Positions 58,043-64,000 of a stretch of DNA of 64,000 nt are shown one piece after another. Source of the stretch: Candidatus Omnitrophota bacterium (GTDB lineage Bacteria; Omnitrophota; Gorgyraeia; Zapsychrales; Zapsychraceae). The stretch covers positions 822 to 64,821 of the forward strand of contig JANQMA010000026.1 in the NCBI GenBank assembly GCA_028280285.1, given 5' to 3'. The notes beneath the pieces were generated by a model, which did no database searches, had not been told where the DNA came from, and worked only from the letters and a program-made list of their open reading frames with translations. The position numbers were made by a program, and so were the translations under genes. How positions within the stretch are numbered: position 1 is the first letter of the stretch; each line of letters opens with the position of its first letter.

Positions 58043-59528
58043 TTTCAGCCTCTTGCCTTTGCCGGGCAATAAGATCTTCCAAGTTAGCTTTTGCTCTAAG
58101 TGACGCGAGATATTGCTCAAAAGAAGCCGTGCGTTTTTGTGCAAGCAGTTGTTGCATAATCTTTTCTTTTTCTTCCACAAAGCCGGCCGGATCCGCACTT
58201 ACGTGACTGTCCAAATGAAGAATGTAAAATCCTGTTTCTGTTGAAACGATGCCGCTGATTTTATTGGTCTGACTGAGACGAAACGCAGCGTCTTGAAAAG
58301 AAGAAGAAATACCAATCTTGGGTAAATACTGCCCACGCAGAAATTCGGGCGTTTGTTTGATCTCTAAGCCAAGTTCTTCGGCGGCTTGACTAAAGTCGGT
58401 TGTTGCTGCGTACTTTTCTTCGAGAGAAGCCAAAGTTTTTTCAGCCTCGTTTTTGGCAATGTCTTTGGCGTTTATGCGGCGTACTTTATCCGCCACTTTT
58501 TCTTGAGCTTCCTCATATTCAGGCACGTAAGCCTCACGGCTTTCGGCTAATTTGATCAGCAAAACGCTTTGGCCTGATTGAATAGGAGGAAGGATATCGC
58601 CTTTTTCTAACTGAAAGATTTGGTTGAACACATCAAACGACCAACCGAGTGTCAGGTTTGGCTCTTCACGGCTAAAAAATCCGCTTGTTTGAATAGTAAG
58701 GCCGTTGTCTTGAGCCACAGCGGCGAGATCTTTTGATTCGAATGCCTTTTCATAGATCGTACTGGCTTTGTCGAATATTGCGTCGTTAACCGTTTGTGCG
58801 TCATCCCCATCTTCGATTAAATCAAATTTTACAAATTCAACGTTTATGCTGTAAGGCACGAGAAACTCTAGCTGGTTGTCGCTGTAATATTGTCGGGCTT
58901 CCTCTTCGGTATAAGAAGACTGGTCTTTGTAATTTTCCGGAGTGAAGAAGAGATAGCTGATTTGCACCTTTTCATTTTGTTTTTTAAAGACGTCTAAAGC
59001 TTCTTCTTCGGTTATTGCAATATCTTTGGTTGTTTGGGCGATGACTTTGGACATTTTGATTGAATCGCGAATACTTTCTTCAAAGTTACGCGGTTTCATC
59101 TCAAAAACATAACGGACAACATCGTTATAAAGAGGAGTGTCGAATTGGCCATTACGCTGGAAAAATTCATAATTTTGAATGGTGTCAACGATTTCTTGGT
59201 TTTTGACTTTGATCCCTAGACGGTCCGCTTCCTTAAGGACGATGAGCCGGTCCCAGGTTTGTGCTTCAAAATTAAGGTAGGGACGGACTTCATTATATTT
59301 ATCGCCGTAGCGGATAATGCTTTGCACGCGCACATCGGCCAAAGCTTTTTGATAGTCTTCAATACTTACCTTTTTGCCGAATATTTTTCCTGCGTAATTT
59401 GCACTGCCGGGATTAGTGTCATTGAGTAGATAGGCGGTTCCAAAAATACCGAATGATAAGATGATGATGACCGCGATAAACCAGATCAGCTTTTTCATTA
59501 CACCTTTTTTACGTAATAATTTAAGCAT
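58035..59528 (-). CDS. ppiD: Periplasmic chaperone/PPIase of the PpiD/SurA-N family (membrane-anchored)
   Basis: An N-terminal TM anchor (KKLIWFIAVIIILSFGIFGTAYLL) followed by a SurA_N-like chaperone domain. The start is placed at the ATG preceded by GGGAG (end 59528) rather than 59564. Confidence 0.6.
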   Translation of the reverse strand: MLKLLRKKGVMKKLIWFIAVIIILSFGIFGTAYLLNDTNPGSANYAGKIFGKKVSIEDYQKALADVRVQSIIRYGDKYNEVRPYLNFEAQTWDRLIVLKEADRLGIKVKNQEIVDTIQNYEFFQRNGQFDTPLYNDVVRYVFEMKPRNFEESIRDSIKMSKVIAQTTKDIAITEEEALDVFKKQNEKVQISYLFFTPENYKDQSSYTEEEARQYYSDNQLEFLVPYSINVEFVKFDLIEDGDDAQTVNDAIFDKASTIYEKAFESKDLAAVAQDNGLTIQTSGFFSREEPNLTLGWSFDVFNQIFQLEKGDILPPIQSGQSVLLIKLAESREAYVPEYEEAQEKVADKVRRINAKDIAKNEAEKTLASLEEKYAATTDFSQAAEELGLEIKQTPEFLRGQYLPKIGISSSFQDAAFRLSQTNKISGIVSTETGFYILHLDSHVSADPAGFVEEKEKIMQQLLAQKRTASFEQYLASLRAKANLEDLIARQRQEAETN

Positions 59529-59645
59529 TTGTACTCCCTTATATAAATATATGAATAGTTTCAACGATTATACGATTGCCTTTGTGATTTGACAAGGCGT
59601 TTTTGCCTGCAGCTTCGCTGCAGCGATAAATTCGCTTTACATTTC

Positions 59646-59677
59646 CAATACCCATGGCTATAATACGCTCTGTTTTA
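59646..59677 (+). promoter_or_regulatory. Sigma70-like promoter candidate upstream of hisG
   Basis: TTTACA-N17-TATAAT (ctttacatttccaatacccatggctataat). Confidence 0.4.
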
Positions 59678-59803
59678 TTAATGAGCCTTCAACTTATGAA
59701 GCCAAAGGCGAACATAAGTTTTTAGGCGAATTAATCCCGAGTTGCTGTCTTTAGCTGTTAGCAACGAGGGACCTAGTATAATATTTATAAATACGAGAGA
59801 TTT

Positions 59804-60685
59804 ATGACCGCAAAGAAGTTGAAACTAGGGTTACCAAAGGGCAGCCTTCAAGACGCAACGATCAAAGTCTTTGAACGAGCAGGGTTTAGGATCTATGTCT
59901 CGGGACGTTCTTATTTTCCGTCCATTGATGATGTCGAGATTGAGCCGGTTTTGTTAAGAGCCCAAGAGATGGCGCGTTACGTGGAAGAAGGGGCCTTGGA
60001 TTGCGGGATTACCGGGGCTGATTGGGTGTCGGAAAACAATTCAAAGGTTAATGTCCTTTCTAATTTAGTATATGCTAAGCAGAGTTCGGTGAAAGTCCGT
60101 TGGGTCCTTGCAGTTCCGGAAAAGTCAAAAATCAAAACGGCAAAAGATTTGGGTGGTAAAAAGATTGCAACGGAAGTGGTTAATATCACAAAGAAATATT
60201 TGCGTGATCATAAAGTAAAGGCTGAAGTCGAATTCAGCTGGGGTGCCACAGAAGCAAAGGTGGCCGACGGGTTGGTTGATGCGGTTGTTGAATTAACTGA
60301 GACTGGCAGCAGCTTACGTGCACACAAACTAAGGATAGTTGATACGGTGGCCGAGTCCATCACACAATTTATTGCGAATAAAAAAGCCACCAAAGATGCG
60401 TGGAAGAAGAAAAAAATGGATCAATTGTCAATGCTGCTCGAAGGAGCGATTGCGGCGAACAATATGGTGGGCCTTAAAATGAATGTGCACGAAAAAAATT
60501 ATGAAAAAGTGTTAAGTGTTTTATCATCACTGGAAAACCCGACGGTGTCGCCTCTCGCGAAGCCCGACTGGGTCGCGATTGAAACAGTCATTGACGAAGG
60601 TACAGTGCGTAACATTATTCCGCAACTGAAAAGTGCCGGAGCGACGGGGATTATTGAGTACCCATTGAATAAGTTGATATACTAA
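59804..60685 (+). CDS. hisG: ATP phosphoribosyltransferase, long form
   Basis: [10 protein letters not shown]...DCGITGADW, with a C-terminal regulatory domain. 293 aa. Confidence 0.9.
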   Translation: MTAKKLKLGLPKGSLQDATIKVFERAGFRIYVSGRSYFPSIDDVEIEPVLLRAQEMARYVEEGALDCGITGADWVSENNSKVNVLSNLVYAKQSSVKVRWVLAVPEKSKIKTAKDLGGKKIATEVVNITKKYLRDHKVKAEVEFSWGATEAKVADGLVDAVVELTETGSSLRAHKLRIVDTVAESITQFIANKKATKDAWKKKKMDQLSMLLEGAIAANNMVGLKMNVHEKNYEKVLSVLSSLENPTVSPLAKPDWVAIETVIDEGTVRNIIPQLKSAGATGIIEYPLNKLIY

Positions 60686-60696
60686 AATAAAATTGA

Positions 60697-60778
60697 TTAA
60701 ACTTTAAACAATAAACATTAAACTGTTTGGCAAGATGTGAGTATATTGTTTAATGTTTAAAGTTTATTGTTTAAAAAT
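60697..60778. repeat. Intergenic palindromic element, AAACTTTAAACA family, copy 3
   Basis: aaactttaaacaataaacattaaac is paired with gtttaatgtttaaagtttattgtttaaa. Confidence 0.75.
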
Positions 60779-60808
60779 AATCCAAAACATTATCAGTCAG
60801 GTTACAAT

Positions 60809-60910
60809 ATGCCTTGCGGTAAAAAAAGAAAAGCCAGAAAAATTAGAACACATAAGCGTAAAAAACTACGCAAATCTATGCGTCACTTAAAGAAACGTAA
60901 ATCGCGTTAA
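60809..60910 (+). CDS. 33-aa highly basic peptide, a candidate ribosomal protein bS22-like (AURKAIP1/COX24-like) small protein
   Basis: MPCGKKRKARKIRTHKRKKLRKSMRHLKKRKSR. An AGGT RBS-like motif lies 6 nt upstream. It is below the ORF-track cutoff. The family resemblance is recalled from memory. Confidence 0.45.
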   Translation: MPCGKKRKARKIRTHKRKKLRKSMRHLKKRKSR

Positions 60911-60959
60911 TTCTTTACTTTCCTTGCATCAAATCGCCTACAGGGTGAACAGGAGTGAC

Positions 60960-61964
60960 ATGTTGGATAAAAGCAGACAAAAGTTAGTGGGCATTCTCAT
61001 TGCAATGATGCTCGTCGTTGCTTATCCAAAACAGGTGTGTGCCTTTGCATTCCAAGATCGCGTAGCTACCGCCAAGAGCCTTGCGCATTACATGACAGGC
61101 CAGATTTATGATCTTCTTGGGGATCCTAAACGCGCTGCCATGGCGTATAAGGCGGCGTCTCAGTTTGATCCTTCCAGCTATTTAATTCGTCTTCGTCTTG
61201 GCGTTGATTATGCCCGGCTTAATATGTTGGGAGCCGCCGTTGAAGAGCTTAATATGGTCGGTGAGCTCAATAAAGACGAACTGCAGTCACACTATCTGCT
61301 TGCCCTTATTTATTCTTCGACACGACAGTTTGATAAAGCCGCGGAAGAATACGAGTATATTCTAACCACATTTTCTGAGTCAGACCCGAAGAATATCGAG
61401 ATCCATGGGTATCTTGGTCAGCTTTATTATTCTCAAAAAAAATATGATCAGGCCTTAAAACAGTTTGAACAGATTTATGCCTTGGAACCGGAGAATGCCG
61501 ATATTATGTATCTTCTAGGCTCTCTGTATATTGAAACCGGAAGAAGTGAAGAGGCATTTGAGATCTTAAATAAATCTATTAAAATTAACCCTAATCACGA
61601 CGGTAGTTTAAATACTTTGGCCTACATGTATGCCGAAGAGAACCGCAATTTAGATGAGGCGCTTGAGTATGTCAAACTGGCGATTAGTTTGTCCCCTGAC
61701 AACGGGGCCTATATCGATACCTTAGGATGGGTTTATTTTAAGAAAAAAGAATACAAAAAGGCTTTAGAGGCTTTGGAAGATGCCAATGCATTACTTAAGG
61801 ATCCTATCATACTTGATCATCTCGGTGATGTTTATATGAAGTTGAACAAACCTGATAAAGCGATCGAAAATTGGGAAGCTTCGTTAAAACTTAAGCCCGC
61901 TCAAGAAGAAGTTACGCGCAAGTTAAACGAGGCCCGCAACAACAGTGCCCACCGTACCGAATAA
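60960..61964 (+). CDS. Secreted TPR-repeat protein
   Basis: The start is at ATG 60960 (CAGGAG RBS), giving a signal peptide MLDKSRQKLVGILIAMMLVVAYPKQVCAFA. There are at least six TPR units. Confidence 0.65.
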   Translation: MLDKSRQKLVGILIAMMLVVAYPKQVCAFAFQDRVATAKSLAHYMTGQIYDLLGDPKRAAMAYKAASQFDPSSYLIRLRLGVDYARLNMLGAAVEELNMVGELNKDELQSHYLLALIYSSTRQFDKAAEEYEYILTTFSESDPKNIEIHGYLGQLYYSQKKYDQALKQFEQIYALEPENADIMYLLGSLYIETGRSEEAFEILNKSIKINPNHDGSLNTLAYMYAEENRNLDEALEYVKLAISLSPDNGAYIDTLGWVYFKKKEYKKALEALEDANALLKDPIILDHLGDVYMKLNKPDKAIENWEASLKLKPAQEEVTRKLNEARNNSAHRTE

Positions 61965-61972
61965 CGACAAAC

Positions 61973-62902
61973 ATGAACACCCTCACCCTCAAGTCCCCGG
62001 CTAAAGTCAATCTCTATTTAGAGGTTCTCAACAAGCGCGCCGACGGCTTTCACTCGATTGAGACAGTTTTTGAGAGACTTGATTTATGCGATGAAATAAC
62101 CTTTAAAAAGACGGCCAAAGATGGTATTACGATCAAATGTGCACATCCGCATGTCCCCTGTGGGCCTAAGAATTTGGTCCATAAAGTGGCCGTCCGGATC
62201 CAAAAAGATTTTGGTATTAGTGCTGGCGTAACCGTAACGATTAAAAAAAATATCCCGGTGGCGGCCGGCCTGGCCGGGGGCTCCAGTAATGCGGCAACGA
62301 CTCTTTTGGCTCTTAACCAGTTGTGGAATATAGGTTTAAGTAAATCCCAGCTTGATCGCTATGCAGCTGATCTTGGGAGCGATATTAATTTTTTCCTTAA
62401 TAAAGCCAGTTTTGCCCTTGGCACCGACCGTGGCCAAGTGATCCAAAAGCTTAATATTAGACGGAAATTGTGGCATATTGTGGTTGTCCCCAAGGTTAAA
62501 GTTTATGCGAAAGATGTCTACCAAAGCCTGTCCATTTCACCTGCCTCAGATGCTGTAACTACCCGTCAAACCAGGAGGTTAGGATCCAAAGCGGAAGGTG
62601 TCACGAATGTGTTGACAAAGAAGAAGCAAGGTGTTAATATTCTAATCCATCATTTGGAAAAAGGCAGTCCTTTGCACATTGCGCAGGGGATGAGCAATGA
62701 TTTACAGCAGGTGGTTATCGGTCTTTGTCCTAAATTAGAGAAATTGCAGAAGAAGCTTAAGTCATTGAATGCTAAGGGGGTTATGGTTTCAGGAAGTGGC
62801 CCTGCGGTGTTCGGCTTAACTGATTCTCAAAAAGAAGCGCAGGAAATAAAACGTATTTTAACCAAAACGTATAGCCAGGTCTACGTAACGAGAACTCTTT
62901 AG
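61973..62902 (+). CDS. ispE: 4-diphosphocytidyl-2-C-methyl-D-erythritol kinase
   Basis: GHMP kinase motif PVAAGLAGGSSNAA and N-terminal KVNLYLEV. It is somewhat longer than usual because of a ~25-aa basic insertion. Confidence 0.8.
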   Translation: MNTLTLKSPAKVNLYLEVLNKRADGFHSIETVFERLDLCDEITFKKTAKDGITIKCAHPHVPCGPKNLVHKVAVRIQKDFGISAGVTVTIKKNIPVAAGLAGGSSNAATTLLALNQLWNIGLSKSQLDRYAADLGSDINFFLNKASFALGTDRGQVIQKLNIRRKLWHIVVVPKVKVYAKDVYQSLSISPASDAVTTRQTRRLGSKAEGVTNVLTKKKQGVNILIHHLEKGSPLHIAQGMSNDLQQVVIGLCPKLEKLQKKLKSLNAKGVMVSGSGPAVFGLTDSQKEAQEIKRILTKTYSQVYVTRTL

Positions 62903-62916
62903 AAAGAGGGGCGCCT

Positions 62917-63288
62917 ATGGAAGTGACAGAAGTTCGTGTCTTCCCAAAGGAAGGACAGGATAAAAAGTTAAAGGCATATGCAACAATTACGTTTGAAGAT
63001 GCGTTTGTTGTCAGAAACATTAAGGTTATAGAAGGTTCGAATGGACTTTTTATCGCTATGCCGTCGCGTAAAAATAAAATTTCGTGTTTAAGTTGCGGTT
63101 TTAAGAACGAAATCGGCAGCAAATTTTGTAATCAATGCGGTGTGAGGATTAATGAAGAAAGAGATCTCTCCGCAATCGATGTTAAGAACGAACATCGGGA
63201 CATTGCGCATCCTATCACGCAGCAATTTCGCGACTATCTACAGCAAAAAATCCTTAGTGAGTACAGTCGAGAAGTCGCTTCTGTATAG
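62917..63288 (+). CDS. spoVG: SpoVG-family protein with an inserted CxxC-x10-CxxC zinc ribbon
   Basis: MEVTEVRVFP...KAYATITFEDAFVVRNIKVIEGSNGLFIAMPSRKN and DIAHPI are SpoVG hallmarks. Between them lies ISCLSCGFKNEIGSKFCNQCGVRINEERDLSAIDVKNEH. Confidence 0.75.
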   Translation: MEVTEVRVFPKEGQDKKLKAYATITFEDAFVVRNIKVIEGSNGLFIAMPSRKNKISCLSCGFKNEIGSKFCNQCGVRINEERDLSAIDVKNEHRDIAHPITQQFRDYLQQKILSEYSREVASV

Positions 63289-63340
63289 GGTTTAGATAGT
63301 TTTTCTGCTTAACCGGTAGAAAATTTCATATTTAAACGAA

Positions 63341-63411
63341 TGCCCGGTGGTGTAATGGTAGCACACGAGAATTTGGATCTCGTTGTCTAGGTTCGAGTCC
63401 TGGCTGGGCAG
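63341..63411 (+). tRNA. tRNA-Gln (anticodon UUG)
   Basis: Folded by hand. Acceptor tgcccgg/ctgggca with a U1:A72 pair. D-arm gtgt/acac with the GG. Anticodon stem cgaga/tctcg with loop aTTTGga. T-arm ctagg-ttcgagt-cctgg. CCA is not encoded. Confidence 0.8.
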
Positions 63412-63509
63412 TTTATGTTGTCTAAGTAAGCGAGCATGGATGCTCGTTGCTGGTCGCTCGTCGCTCGCAAAAATCGAGCATCAAGCATCAAGCATCGAGC
63501 AACGAAAAA
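63412..63509. repeat. Intergenic low-complexity palindromic region built of GAGCATC/AGCATCA units
   Basis: gcgagcatggatgctcgttgc hairpin. gctcgtcgctcgc. Tandem agcatcaagcatcaagcatcgagc. Confidence 0.55.
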
Positions 63510-64000
63510 ATGAAAGATTTGCAAACAATCATATTAGCAGCGGGTAAAGGAACACGCATGAAATCAAGTGTTCCGAAAGTCCTGCACAGTGTTTGCGGTA
63601 AGCCGGTGATCCAGTATGTCTTGGATATTACCAAATCAGTCGGCTCTTTGAAAAATTATGTTGTGCTGGGTCATAAGGCCGATGAGGTGGCCACGCATCT
63701 TCCTCAGGAAGCGGTGATTGTAAAGCAGAATAAATTGCTTGGCACCGCCGATGCGGTGAGAACAGTTGAGAGTAAATTGAAGTCTTATCGGGGGCATGTG
63801 TTGATCCTTTGTGGGGATACGCCGCTTTTAAATAAGGTGGTTATCCGCGAGCTGATTCGTAAGCACAAAAAGACCAATGCCTCGGCCACAGTTCTCACAA
63901 CCGTTGTGCATGATCCACAAGGGTATGGGCGTATTATCCGTGATGAAAGTGGTAATATGATTGCTATCCGTGAAGAAAAAGATGCCGCTGGATTTGAAAA
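63510..64000 (+). CDS. glmU: Bifunctional GlmU (UDP-GlcNAc pyrophosphorylase / GlcN-1-P acetyltransferase), N-terminal part, truncated by the window end
   Basis: LAAGKGTRMKSSVPKVLH...GKPV and the nucleotidyltransferase N-domain. There is no stop before nt 64000. Confidence 0.8.
   Translation, partial: MKDLQTIILAAGKGTRMKSSVPKVLHSVCGKPVIQYVLDITKSVGSLKNYVVLGHKADEVATHLPQEAVIVKQNKLLGTADAVRTVESKLKSYRGHVLILCGDTPLLNKVVIRELIRKHKKTNASATVLTTVVHDPQGYGRIIRDESGNMIAIREEKDAAGFE

Noticed and set aside
59566-59803. His-codon leader peptide or T-box attenuator upstream of hisG
   Set aside because: There is no run of His codons in any small ORF, and no T-box AGGGUGGNACCGCG motif. Only a sigma70-like promoter and a small ctgcagcttcgctgcag hairpin were seen.
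27998-63509. Possibility that the repeated intergenic elements form a CRISPR array
   Set aside because: The repeats are dispersed singly across 35 kb, each is internally palindromic, and there is no regular repeat-spacer periodicity or nearby cas gene.
63341-64000. tRNA-Gln as an integration site for a genomic island or prophage
   Set aside because: The tRNA is followed by a low-complexity palindromic spacer and then glmU. No integrase, direct repeat of the tRNA 3' end, or phage genes are present in the window.

Overview
This 64-kb window is moderately AT-rich, nearly all on one strand, and looks bacterial. It most likely comes from an uncultivated lineage that encodes giant genes; Omnitrophota-like is an inference only.

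The first 17.3 kb is taken up by three tandem giant paralogous ORFs: more than 2680 aa (5'-truncated by the window), 1849 aa and 1109 aa. All three share a conserved N-terminal domain of about 330 aa after a signal peptide and a conserved C-terminal module of about 60 aa followed by an acidic tail. Their central regions are unrelated. The first giant ORF embeds an apparently intact alpha-D-phosphohexomutase (PGM/PMM) domain. I could not assign either conserved terminal domain to a known family, and I think this trio is the most interesting candidate for an undescribed system.

Downstream is a large cell-envelope glycan cluster. It has three Gfo/Idh/MocA (WbpB/GnnA-like) dehydrogenases, two DegT aminotransferases, two hexapeptide N-acetyltransferases, a UDP-GlcNAc 2-epimerase, a DUF354-like protein, GT2 and GT4 glycosyltransferases, a GtrB/ArnC-like polyprenol-phosphate glycosyltransferase, and a YfhO-like protein plus another polytopic membrane protein. 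These are interleaved with housekeeping genes: trxA, panD, def, lipA, mlaEFD, yggT, ybaB, greA, rlmB, an M48 peptidase, Hpt and a receiver domain, a GH5 glycosidase, a TrmH methyltransferase, a pseudouridine synthase, an ABC-F ATPase, Smr, an EndoIII-like glycosylase, rmuC, pgeF, cutA, a ppiD-like chaperone, hisG, ispE, spoVG, tRNA-Gln(UUG), and glmU at the 3' edge.

The intergenic regions are populated by several families of long, low-complexity palindromic elements, some present in two or three near-identical copies. Two proteins carry unusual zinc-ribbon additions (SpoVG, WbpD-like). One aminotransferase has a conserved N-terminus that is out of frame with its only ATG. No CRISPR array, integrase or transposase was seen.
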